From: an uncultured Gemmatimonadota bacterium
GTDB lineage: Bacteria > Gemmatimonadota > Gemmatimonadetes > Palauibacterales > Palauibacteraceae
Length of the DNA stretch: 64,000 bases
Assembly: GCA_964518305.1 (NCBI GenBank)
Contig: CAZFDK010000002.1
Coordinates: 44,392-108,391, forward strand
Direction: 5' to 3'
Positions 43,450-52,614 of the stretch are shown here, piece by piece; the stretch's first letter is position 1; the number at the start of each line of letters is the position of its first letter. Both the position numbers and the translations under genes were made by a program. The notes beneath the pieces were generated by a model, which was not told where the DNA came from, did no database searches, and worked only from the letters and a program-made list of their open reading frames with translations.

Positions 43450-44691
43450 TCACCCGTCTCCGCCGGAGCGGGTCGAGGACACTGGCACTTCGGGCGAACC
43501 GGAAAAAAGATGCGTCTCGGATGCGGCCCGCACGCCGTTCCGCCCCGCCTCCTTGGCCCGGTAGAGCGCCCGGTCCGCCATCTGAATGAGACCGTCGGCG
43601 GTCCCGGCGTGCTCCGGGTAGCCCGCCACGCCCAGGCTCACGGTGAGGCATCCACGGGGAAGTACATCGGCGCCCTCGAACACCGCCTCCTCCACGGCGC
43701 GCCGGAGACGCTCGGCCGCCTCGACCCCCTCCCGCCAGGAGGTGTCGGGCAGCACCAGCGTGAACTCCTCGCCGCCGTACCGGGCGACGACGTCGGCTTC
43801 GCGGGCCTCGTCGCGGCACACCCAAGCCAGCTTCTCCAGGACCGCGTCTCCGGCCACGTGGCCGTGGCTGTCGTTGTACTGCTTGAAGTAGTCGAGATCC
43901 AGCATGACCACCGAGCACACCCCGCCGTACCGCTCCAGGGCCTCCACCTCCGAGCGGAGCCTCTCCATGAGGAATCGGCGGTTGTAGAGGCCGGTCAGCG
44001 GGTCGGTCACCGCCTCCCGCTCGAGCTCTTTCCGCAGGGTCCTCTTTTCCTCGCGCGACCGGCGAAGGCGGCGAAAGACGAGGCCCGCGAACCCGTGCAC
44101 GCCGACGAGAGCTCCGATGCGGATGGCCTCCCTGGCGGGCTCGATGGCCAGTCCCTGGCGCGCGTGGAGGCCGATGGTCCCCACGTAAATCGCCGTCATC
44201 ACGGTTCCCAGATACATGACGCCCCGGAGGCCGAGCAAACCCGCCCCGAACAGGAGAGCCACGAACCAGGCCACGACCACGACGTCCCGGGCCTCGGGGA
44301 CCACGAGCAGGTAGCCCCCGAGCAGGAGGGCCGCCCCCACCAGGGGCACATAGATGAAGTCCGGGTCCCAGGAGACCGTCTCCTCCCAACCCGCGTGGAC
44401 CACCCACCACATGAGCCCTACTTCCAGGGCGGTGCCCCCGCCCAGCCCGGCGATCGCCCGCCAGGAGGCGTCCGTGACGGCGGCCGAGCGGTACACGACC
44501 AGCGCCGCCAGCAGCAGCGCGAACCCCAGCCCGCTGAGCAGCACCCCGCGCTCCTTGATCTTCCGCTTCTCGGCCGGCTGCAGCGATCGATCGGTGCCGG
44601 GGAAGCGCGACTCTTGGTGGTTCATGGGGGAGGACTTCGCTCCGAGGAATGGCGGCGGCCGGGAACGTCGCTCCCGTTCGCTTTCACGCAC
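43450..44691 (-). CDS. Membrane-anchored GGDEF diguanylate cyclase
   Basis: DPLTGLYNRR..VVMLDLDYFKQYND..READVVARYGGEEF (GGEEF preceded by an RxxD I-site). An alternative start lies at 44625. Confidence 0.85.
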   Translation of the reverse strand: MRESERERRSRPPPFLGAKSSPMNHQESRFPGTDRSLQPAEKRKIKERGVLLSGLGFALLLAALVVYRSAAVTDASWRAIAGLGGGTALEVGLMWWVVHAGWEETVSWDPDFIYVPLVGAALLLGGYLLVVPEARDVVVVAWFVALLFGAGLLGLRGVMYLGTVMTAIYVGTIGLHARQGLAIEPAREAIRIGALVGVHGFAGLVFRRLRRSREEKRTLRKELEREAVTDPLTGLYNRRFLMERLRSEVEALERYGGVCSVVMLDLDYFKQYNDSHGHVAGDAVLEKLAWVCRDEAREADVVARYGGEEFTLVLPDTSWREGVEAAERLRRAVEEAVFEGADVLPRGCLTVSLGVAGYPEHAGTADGLIQMADRALYRAKEAGRNGVRAASETHLFSGSPEVPVSSTRSGGDG

Positions 44692-45263
44692 CGCTACGAG
44701 CGTCCAGCCTACTGTTCTTCACGTCGCGTACCACGGACGCCGTGTCGATTACCCCGGTGATCAAGGAGGTTCCCGAGGATGACGTGTCGTCGCGCCGAAT
44801 CGGGTTGTCGCATTATTCACCGTCCGTTGCACCCTGCCACAGGGATCCGCGCGGTAAGGCGGTCGGCTTCCCGGCGACGGCCCCGGCGCAGGCCGGCGAC
44901 GAGGGCGTGGGACCCGGCGGCTCGGCCGGCGCACGGGGAAGCCGGATCGAGGCGACGGCCCGGTAACCCTCTCCCTGAGGGGAGACGTGAAGATGCCCGT
45001 GGCCGACGTCGACCAGGACGACCACGCTGTCCTTCCTGTCCTTCAGGGTCGGACTGGAACCGGCCTCGTCCACGGAAGCGACGCGCCCCTCGAACTCGGC
45101 CGCATCGGCCGAGTCGTCAGCGGCCTACCGTTGACGATGGGCGCGGACCGGGCCCACGGTCGACCTCTCGCATCCGACGAGCAGCACCGAAGCGCCGAGG
45201 AGAGGACGGGAAGAAGGGCGGAGCGGGGTGGACGGTCCCGCTCCCGACGATACCGCTCCCGTC

Positions 45264-45914
45264 TCAGGCCCGAAGGAGGTTGAGAACCTCGGCGTGCACC
45301 TCGGGCTCCACCGCGACGATATAGCGATCGCCCGGAGTCAGGACGGTCTCGCGTGTGGCCACCCGACTTCCTGCCCGATCCGAGACCACCAGGCTGCCGC
45401 GGGGGAGGCTCACCTCCTCGAGGCTCTTGCCGGCGGCCGGAGCGCCCTCGGCGACCTGGACCTCCACGATCTCGAGGGCGCCGGTCACCTCCTCGAGGGT
45501 CCGGACGACAGAGCCGTGGATGGCGTCCGCCGCCACCCGCGCACCGGCGTCCTCGGGGAAGACCAGCGTGTCGGCCAGGCCCCCGTAATCATCACCGGGC
45601 GCCTCTCCTACCCGCATCACGGTACGAATATGCTGGTTCATCCGCCGGGCGAGGAGGCAGACGGCCATGTTCGTACCGGCCTCGCCCGTGAGCGCGGCCA
45701 CGGCCTGCGCTTTCTCCGGCGCCGCCTGCCGCAGGATGTTCGGGCGTGAGGCGTCTCCATGGATCACGGTCGCCACCTGATCCTCGGTGATCTCCTCGCA
45801 GCGGTCCCCGTCGCGCTCCACGACGACCACGTCGTCGCCACGGTTCCTGAGGAGCCGCGCGGTCCGATACCCGACACGGCCACCACCGGCCACGATCACG
45901 CGCCTGGTGCTCAT
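45264..45914 (-). CDS. TrkA/RCK-family regulatory protein (TrkA-N plus TrkA-C)
   Basis: RRVIVAGGGRVGYRTARLL (Rossmann), with a C-terminal ..VAEGAPAAGKSLEEVSLPRGSLVVS.. The ATG at 45914 overlaps the APC stop (ATGA). Confidence 0.75.
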   Translation of the reverse strand: MSTRRVIVAGGGRVGYRTARLLRNRGDDVVVVERDGDRCEEITEDQVATVIHGDASRPNILRQAAPEKAQAVAALTGEAGTNMAVCLLARRMNQHIRTVMRVGEAPGDDYGGLADTLVFPEDAGARVAADAIHGSVVRTLEEVTGALEIVEVQVAEGAPAAGKSLEEVSLPRGSLVVSDRAGSRVATRETVLTPGDRYIVAVEPEVHAEVLNLLRA

Positions 45915-47296
45915 CCTTCCTCCTCTGTCGTTGCTTCGCTCGTTTCGATCGAGCCCGCTCGCCCTGCGGCCGACGACCCGGCCCGGGCCTTCCACACGTA
46001 GAACAGGATGCCGCCCAGTGCGACCCACGCGAGCCCCATGAGCCAGATCTCCCAGTCGATGAAAAAGCCGAGCAGCAGGTTCAGTCCGATCCCCAGCGCC
46101 GGCGGAACCGGATAGAGCGGCATCTCGAACGGCCGCTCCATGTTCGGTCGCTGACGCCGGAGCCGGATGGCGCTCACGTTCACCAGCACGAAGGAGAGCA
46201 GAAAGAAAAGGCTCGACAGGTTCCCGACCTGGCGTATGGGCACCACTGTCGTGGCCAGGACCATGACCGCCGCGCTGGTGAGGACCGCTACGAAGGGCGT
46301 GCCGTAACGGTGGTGGAGCTGCCCCAGGGGACGAGGAAGGTGACCCTCGCGCCCCATGGCGAAGGCCACGCGACTCGAGGCCAGGACCACCGCGTTGAGC
46401 GCGCTCAGAGTCGAGAAGACGGCCCCGAAGGCGATGAGGGCGGCCCCTGTGCCCAGCAGGGGAATCGCCGGCATGAAGCCCTCGGCGGCCCGCGCGATTC
46501 CGGTCTCACCGGCCTCGGCCAGCCCCTGCGCGCCCAGCGTGCCCACGGCCACATAGACCACGGCCAGATACACCAGAACAGTGAGACCCAGGCTCAGAAA
46601 GATCGCCAGCGGTATGTTGCGGCGCGGGTTCTCGACCTCCTCCGTCACGGTCGTGATCAGGTCGTAGCCCTCGAAGGCGATGAACGTGAGACCCATGGCC
46701 GAGAGCAAGGAGCCGCCGCCCACGCCGTCCGGAAACATGGGGTCGAATTGCCCCGTCTGAGCGACGCCGAACCCGAAGCCCACGAAGAGCACCAGGACCG
46801 CCACCTTGATCAGCGTCACCAACGTCTCTGCTCCTCCGCTGGCCTTCGTAGACAGGGCGTTGAGCCCGATGAAGCCGGCCACGGAGAGCAGAGCATAGAC
46901 CACCGGGAGCTCGGGAAGCCCCTCCCAGTACAGGTGCACGAACTCGATGAAGTTGGGGGCGAAGCCCAGCGCGTAGAGCGAGCCGGCGATCATGTAGGCG
47001 AACCACAGCATCCACCCCATGAGGAAGGCGGGGAGGTCGCTGAAGACCTCGTTGACGTAGGCGTACCCCCCGCCGCTGCGCGGCACCGCGCTGGCCAGCT
47101 CCGCGTAGCTGAGGCCGGTGAAGGTCGTGACCACGGCGTTCAGGAAGAAGACGAGGATCGCAGCGGGCCCGGCGATGTCCGCGGCCAGGCCGGTCAGGAC
47201 GAAGATCCCCGCCCCGATCATGGCCCCCACGCCGATCATGGTGGCGTCGAGGAGCCCCAGGGTCGCGGCTGGAGCGCGTTGCTCGGCCGGACTCAC
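45911..47296 (-). CDS. APC-superfamily amino-acid/polyamine permease
   Basis: LGLLDATMIGVGAMIGAGIFVLTG..LSYAELASAVPRSGGGYAYV. Confidence 0.8.
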   Translation of the reverse strand: MSPAEQRAPAATLGLLDATMIGVGAMIGAGIFVLTGLAADIAGPAAILVFFLNAVVTTFTGLSYAELASAVPRSGGGYAYVNEVFSDLPAFLMGWMLWFAYMIAGSLYALGFAPNFIEFVHLYWEGLPELPVVYALLSVAGFIGLNALSTKASGGAETLVTLIKVAVLVLFVGFGFGVAQTGQFDPMFPDGVGGGSLLSAMGLTFIAFEGYDLITTVTEEVENPRRNIPLAIFLSLGLTVLVYLAVVYVAVGTLGAQGLAEAGETGIARAAEGFMPAIPLLGTGAALIAFGAVFSTLSALNAVVLASSRVAFAMGREGHLPRPLGQLHHRYGTPFVAVLTSAAVMVLATTVVPIRQVGNLSSLFFLLSFVLVNVSAIRLRRQRPNMERPFEMPLYPVPPALGIGLNLLLGFFIDWEIWLMGLAWVALGGILFYVWKARAGSSAAGRAGSIETSEATTEEEG

Positions 47297-47448
47297 CCGG
47301 TACTACCTCCGTCGGGCCCTGGCATTACACTCTCCCCGGTCGACCTGATCGGATAGAACTGGACGCCACCAGCGACAACGTTGGGAGTACGCCCCGGAGA
47401 GATCACCCTACCGCGCCGCAGCTCACCCCCAGCCCGGAGGTCTCCAGG

Positions 47449-48345
47449 ATGAGAAAGCTCGCCGTGTCCGTCGTGCTCGCTCTCGCACCGTTCGCTCTGA
47501 CCGCCGACTACGGTCCCCGAACGACGTCGTTTTCGGCGGCAGCGGCAGCGCCTGCCGGGAACGGGGCGACGGACGCACCGGACCGCGGGTCCGCGACGCG
47601 GCCGGACACCGCTCCCGCGCGGGTGATGATCCTCGGCGTGTGGCATTTCTCGGAGGGCACGAACGTGATCGAGGTGAACCCCGCCCGGATCATGGAGCGC
47701 CGCCGGCAGGAGGAGCTCCGGGCCGCCCTGGACACCCTGGCCGCCTTCGGGCCGACGGTGGTCGCGGTCGAGCGCGTCGCCTCGGACCAGGCGATCGTGG
47801 ACAGCCTCTACCGAGCGTACCGGTCCGGACGCCGGGAGCTGGAGGCCAGCGAGGACCAGCAGGTGGGCTTTCGGATGGCCGAGCGCATGGGCCTCGAGCG
47901 CGTCCACGCCATCGACCACAAGCTCGAGTGGCCGTTCGACACCGTCGTCGCCTACGCGAAGGCTCACGACCCGGCTTTCCTCGAGTACCAGAAGGAGTAC
48001 CGAAAGCGGTTGCTCGCGCGGATGGACAGCCTGCGCGAGAACGCCACGGTCGCCGGCATCTTCCGCTGGTACAACGCCCCGGAGACCGAGCGCTTCCTGC
48101 ACGAGCCGTACATGAAAATGACCGAGGTGGGCGTCGACGCCGGGCACGTGGGCGTGAAGCCGGTGGCGAACTACTACCGCCGCAATCTCCGGATCTTCGC
48201 CAACCTGACGCGGGTCGTGGAGGCCGGTGACCGAGTGCTGGTGGTCTACGGCAGTGGCCACCAGCCTTTCCTGCAGGAATTCGTGCGGGGTCACGCGGAG
48301 ATGGAGCTCGTGAGCCCGCTGGAGTATCTGGGCGGCGAGCGGTGA
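47449..48345 (+). CDS. DUF5694-like (TraB/GumN-related) secreted protein
   Basis: Signal peptide, then VMILGVWHF..RRQEELRAALDTLAAFGPTVVAVE..EDQQVGFRMAERMGL..VVYGSGH. Confidence 0.5.
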   Translation: MRKLAVSVVLALAPFALTADYGPRTTSFSAAAAAPAGNGATDAPDRGSATRPDTAPARVMILGVWHFSEGTNVIEVNPARIMERRRQEELRAALDTLAAFGPTVVAVERVASDQAIVDSLYRAYRSGRRELEASEDQQVGFRMAERMGLERVHAIDHKLEWPFDTVVAYAKAHDPAFLEYQKEYRKRLLARMDSLRENATVAGIFRWYNAPETERFLHEPYMKMTEVGVDAGHVGVKPVANYYRRNLRIFANLTRVVEAGDRVLVVYGSGHQPFLQEFVRGHAEMELVSPLEYLGGER

Positions 48346-48369
48346 CCGACGAAGTGCCGGCGGCCGTCC

Positions 48370-49686
48370 TCAGGAGCCTTCGAACGCCTCCGCCGGGCAG
48401 CTCGTAGCGTCGTACGTGCTCGCCACGGTCTCCATCTGACGGGCCCGCTCCCTGAACGTCGCGGCCGCCGGCGAGCCCGGGTCTGGCTGTAGCGACATGC
48501 GCTCCAGCCAGAGGCGCTCGAAGAGCCGGTCGGCCCGGCGGCGTGTCTCGATCAGCGTGCCGCACCCGATCTCGCCAGCCCGGAAGCGCTCCGCCTGGAG
48601 TGTGAATTCACGGATACCCAGCGCCAGCGAATCCGCCACGGCTCGGAACTCCGGCGGCCCGCCCGATTCCGGGAGCGGCGGCACGGTCGAGTCGGAGCTG
48701 CCCGCCGGCTGCTCGCCGGAGAGCGGGCTCCCCTCCCCGCCTCCCCCCTCAGCCCCGGCCCCGACCGCCGGGCCCGAGGTATCCACTCCACCGCCGGGCA
48801 CCGCCGCCGTGTCACCTGTTCCCTCGCCCGCCGCTCCAGCGAATCCCGCCGTCCCCCTGGCCGTGTCGGACGACAGCGGCGGAGTACCGACCGGGGAGTC
48901 GGCCGGCGCCGCCTCCTGCTGACGGGCCTCGCCACGGGCGGCCGCGGCGGAGGCGTCGTCCGAGTCGGAGAAGAGATCCCTGAGGTCGGGGCCGCCCAGC
49001 AGGCTCGAGGCCACGAGGCCCAGGGCGACCACGACAGCGAGCGCGATCAGGGCCCTGCGGATCCGCCGCTTCCGCCGGTGCTCCGACCGCATCTCCGGGG
49101 GAAGCACCAGCCGGGGACCGCTCCGTGTCTCCGGCACCTGACCCCGCTCGCCGGGCCGCCGTGTGATTCGTCCCAGCTCCGGCACGCTCTCGTGCTGGTC
49201 GACGGCCTCGGCGTCGCCGACTCGGACGAATCCGTCGAGGTAGCCCGCGGAAGCCGCGGCCTCCGCGCCCCTCCGGTCGAGCACCACGACCAGGAGCCGC
49301 CCGCGCTCCCTCATCTTCTCGGCCAGCCGGGCCGCCGTCTCGGAGCCGGCCAGCTCCGACCCCGTCCCGGCGCCCCCCTCGGGAACGTAGACGGCCCGGT
49401 GCACGTCGCTCCTGTGCGAGATCTCCCACAGCTCGATTTCGCCGTCTACCATCTCCGCCAGGCCGGGTCCGGCCCCGGTCTCGAACCGGGAGGCGAGATC
49501 GGTATCCCCGGGGGACAGGTCGAGGACGACGCCGGGGCCGCCGCCCCGGTCCGCGGCCTCGATCAGCCCGAGGACCGCCCGCCCGGACCACCCCGGATCG
49601 GACCGGTCGGGCAGCACCCCGACGACGTAGCCCTCCCCGGCCCACTCGCCGGCGATGCTGCGGATCTGATCCTGGTAGTCGCTCAT
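48370..49686 (-). CDS. Single-pass membrane protein with an N-terminal degenerate MinD/BY-kinase-like domain and a low-complexity linker
   Basis: MSDYQDQ.. start at 49686. YVVGVLPDRSDPGWSGRAVLGL..VVLDLSPGDTDL..GLAEMV..LLVVVLD resembles a P-loop NTPase scaffold without GKS/T. TM segment ALIALAVVVALGLVASSLL. Confidence 0.4.
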   Translation of the reverse strand: MSDYQDQIRSIAGEWAGEGYVVGVLPDRSDPGWSGRAVLGLIEAADRGGGPGVVLDLSPGDTDLASRFETGAGPGLAEMVDGEIELWEISHRSDVHRAVYVPEGGAGTGSELAGSETAARLAEKMRERGRLLVVVLDRRGAEAAASAGYLDGFVRVGDAEAVDQHESVPELGRITRRPGERGQVPETRSGPRLVLPPEMRSEHRRKRRIRRALIALAVVVALGLVASSLLGGPDLRDLFSDSDDASAAAARGEARQQEAAPADSPVGTPPLSSDTARGTAGFAGAAGEGTGDTAAVPGGGVDTSGPAVGAGAEGGGGEGSPLSGEQPAGSSDSTVPPLPESGGPPEFRAVADSLALGIREFTLQAERFRAGEIGCGTLIETRRRADRLFERLWLERMSLQPDPGSPAAATFRERARQMETVASTYDATSCPAEAFEGS

Positions 49687-49887
49687 CTCCGTCGCTCTCG
49701 GCCTCGGCTGGTCCCTCCGACCACGCGGAAGTCCCGACGCGAGGCACTCCCGTTCCGTCGAGGGGCGCGGTACACGCGGTAGTACGTCGGGCACATCGCG
49801 TTCCGGGCTCCGCTGCTCATCGGTCCCGAGGCCGCGGGCCGATTTGCCGCCGTGCCAGCATCGACGAGCGGGGAGACGCCCCCTCGG

Positions 49888-52614
49888 CTACCGGGAACCG
49901 CCCAGCAGAACCGCGTTCACGAAGACGAGCCCGGAGGCCTCGGCGTAGGCCCGGTAGTTCGGGTCCTCGGCGAAGGCGACCAGCGAGCCGCGGCCCTCCG
50001 GCTGATGGATCAGCCACGCCTTGTGGGCCAGCTGGGGCCGGGCGTCCTCCCAGACGACGCCTCCCGCAACCAGCTCCTCCAGGCCGGCGTACCGGCCCAC
50101 GTTCCGTCCCTGGTCCAGGGTGATGGGCGTGAAGACCCGGTCGCTGTCCACCACGGCCCCGATGCGGCCGTCGGTCCCGGCGGCGAGCCAGTGCTCCTCG
50201 TCGAGCACCACGTTCAGGATCGCGCCCGGCACCGACGCCGGCGGCTCCACGTCGGGATCGATGGCCTCCAGGTAGTCGATGGGCTGATCGGGGGGACCGG
50301 CGTCCCGCCCGGCTCCCGAGTCCGCTTCCCCACCTCCCTGCCCGAATTCCGGCGCGCCGCCGCGGAGCTCCGTCGTCGTCTCCAGCAGTCCGACGCGGCT
50401 CGCCCACCGGGAGGCCTCGGCCATGGTGACCAGGGTCCCGCCGCTGCGCATCCAGTCCCGAAGCTCCGCGACGAAGTCGTCGGACCACGTCCCCGTGTAG
50501 CGGCCGTTCGGAAGGACCAGGACGTCGTACTCGGAGAGCAGGACGTCCGGCATCTCCGACGCCCGGACCGCCGTCACCGGCAAGCCGTAGCGCTTCTCCA
50601 GCGTGTAGCGGGCCCATCCGGCGGAGTACGCCCGGGCGGGCTCGTCCCAGGCCAGGGCCACGGACGGGGTCTCCGGTATCGCCTCCACCTCGCCGCTCCC
50701 CAGCGACATGCCCCGGTCCACGAAGCTCTCGTCCACGGGCACCACCCCGGCCCCGTTGCCGGCCACGGCCGCTCGGAGGCGGTCCCGCAGCTCGGGTCCG
50801 TTGTCGTCGTTTCGGACGATGACCGTGCCCACGCCGAACTCGCGGCCGTCGAGCGTGAACCTGGCGCCGGCGGTGCGGAGGAAGACCCCGTCGTCCAGCA
50901 GGTCGGCCGCGGCGGCCGCCCCGGCCGAGTTCCAGGGGATCAGATAGCCCACGCGGGCCGGCGGAACCTCCGGCGCAGGATCCGCTTCCGTGGCGTCAGC
51001 CCCCGGGGCGGGCGCCTCCACCGGCGTCGAGGCCACGTCCAGGGACCGGTCCAGCGTGATCGCCTCCACGTCCCACAGGAGGGGGAGGCTCCACGCCGTC
51101 ACGTCGTAGATCTCGTCCGGCAGCCGCTGGGCGCGTCGCTCCCGCTGCCGCTCCAGGAATTCCTCGTTCATGGGCGTGTGGTCGTCCAGGAGGTTCCGGG
51201 CCAGGCGGTGCGCCGGCTGGTCCATGGGCACGATCCACGTCTCGCCGGAGGGCAGCGTCCGCTCGCCGGCCTCCACAGGCTCGTCGGCGCGACTCACCCG
51301 GATACCGTTCCGGGCCAGCGTGCGGGCCAGTTTCGCTGCCATGGCCGGGTCGTGGGCCGAGTGGAGAAGGTAGGTGCGGGTCTGACCCGTCCGGCCCATC
51401 TCCACGGCGCCCCGCCGGAACTCCACGAAGTCGCGCATCAGGGCCTCGCGGTTGCGGGCCGCCGTGGCCGCCGTCTCCATGGCCGAGGTCCAGTGGTGGA
51501 GCACGCCGTCGCCGTAGGTGAGCAGGCTTCCGTCGTCCTTCCGGTAGAGGAGGCCGCGGGCCGAAGCCTGCTCGAAGGTCATCCCCAGCGACCCGTGGGC
51601 CGTGGGCCAGGAGACGCCGTACCCCGGGTAGAAGGATGTGAAGATCTCACGGGTGAAGTAGGAGAAGCCCCGCTCGTCGAAGCGGTCGCCGATGCTCCGG
51701 CCGAAGCGGGCGTACCACTCGTCCTGCGTCGCGGTCACGTAGGTGTTCACCGGGACGGCCGCCGGCGGGAAGTAGTAGGTGGCGTCGCCGCCCATCTCGT
51801 GCAGGTCCACGGTCACGTGCGGCTGGAAGGAGAGCAGCGCCTCCACCCGACCGCGGCTCTCCGGCTGGCTCTGTGTGAACCAGTCCCGGTTGAGGTCGAA
51901 CAGGTAGTGGTTGGTCCTCCCGCCGGGCCACGGCTGGTCGTGACCGGCGGCGTTGGGATCGGGATCCGGCGGCGTCGCCCGGTTCTGTGCGTACCGGCTG
52001 ACGAAGCGGTACCGGCCGTCGGGGTTCTGGTTCGGGTCGACCAGCACGAGCGACCGCCGGAGGATCGAGTCGGCGGTGGCGTCGTTCTCCGCGGCCAGAA
52101 GGTGATACGCCTCGGCCATGGCCGCGCCGGAGGAGGAGATCTCGTCGCCGTGGACGCCGTGGACGAGCGCCGTGACGACGGGGAGCTCCCCGATCAGCCG
52201 CTCGATCTCCCCGGCCTCCGCCCGGTCGGGGTTGGCCAGGGTCCGGAGCCCCTCCTTCACCTCGTCGAGCCGCGAGATCCGCTCGGCCGAGCCGATGACG
52301 AGCATCTGGAGCGGACGGCCCTCGTGGGTGGTCCCGTACTCGATGAGCCGGGTGCGCTCCGGAGCCGCCTTCGCCAGCGCGCGCATGTAGGCCGCGATCT
52401 CGTCCGGGGGCGTGATCTCCCGGTGAAAGTCGTGCCCGGCCACCTCCCGCAGCGTCGGCACCGACGGGTCGTACTCCGTGCCGGGGGAGAGCACCTCGAC
52501 GAAGGGCTCGTCCCAGCCCGGCTCCCCGGGCAGCGGCGTGCTCCGCTCCTGCGCGGTGAGCGGCGCCGCGACGAGGGCGGCGAGAATGAGAGGGAGAGGG
52601 AGAATCCGATGCAT
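49888..52614 (-). CDS. Secreted M14-family zinc carboxypeptidase-domain protein (908 aa)
   Basis: Signal peptide ILPLPLILAALVAAPLTA-QE. ALVHGVHGDEISSSG (HxxE), NPDGR and DLHEMG motifs. AAGGAG RBS. Confidence 0.7.
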   Translation of the reverse strand: MHRILPLPLILAALVAAPLTAQERSTPLPGEPGWDEPFVEVLSPGTEYDPSVPTLREVAGHDFHREITPPDEIAAYMRALAKAAPERTRLIEYGTTHEGRPLQMLVIGSAERISRLDEVKEGLRTLANPDRAEAGEIERLIGELPVVTALVHGVHGDEISSSGAAMAEAYHLLAAENDATADSILRRSLVLVDPNQNPDGRYRFVSRYAQNRATPPDPDPNAAGHDQPWPGGRTNHYLFDLNRDWFTQSQPESRGRVEALLSFQPHVTVDLHEMGGDATYYFPPAAVPVNTYVTATQDEWYARFGRSIGDRFDERGFSYFTREIFTSFYPGYGVSWPTAHGSLGMTFEQASARGLLYRKDDGSLLTYGDGVLHHWTSAMETAATAARNREALMRDFVEFRRGAVEMGRTGQTRTYLLHSAHDPAMAAKLARTLARNGIRVSRADEPVEAGERTLPSGETWIVPMDQPAHRLARNLLDDHTPMNEEFLERQRERRAQRLPDEIYDVTAWSLPLLWDVEAITLDRSLDVASTPVEAPAPGADATEADPAPEVPPARVGYLIPWNSAGAAAAADLLDDGVFLRTAGARFTLDGREFGVGTVIVRNDDNGPELRDRLRAAVAGNGAGVVPVDESFVDRGMSLGSGEVEAIPETPSVALAWDEPARAYSAGWARYTLEKRYGLPVTAVRASEMPDVLLSEYDVLVLPNGRYTGTWSDDFVAELRDWMRSGGTLVTMAEASRWASRVGLLETTTELRGGAPEFGQGGGEADSGAGRDAGPPDQPIDYLEAIDPDVEPPASVPGAILNVVLDEEHWLAAGTDGRIGAVVDSDRVFTPITLDQGRNVGRYAGLEELVAGGVVWEDARPQLAHKAWLIHQPEGRGSLVAFAEDPNYRAYAEASGLVFVNAVLLGGSR

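Noticed and set aside
45125-45127. In-frame TAG as possible pyrrolysine or read-through
   Set aside because: There is no pyl gene context, no start codon for the ORF and no recognisable family. Decay or a chance ORF is the simpler explanation.
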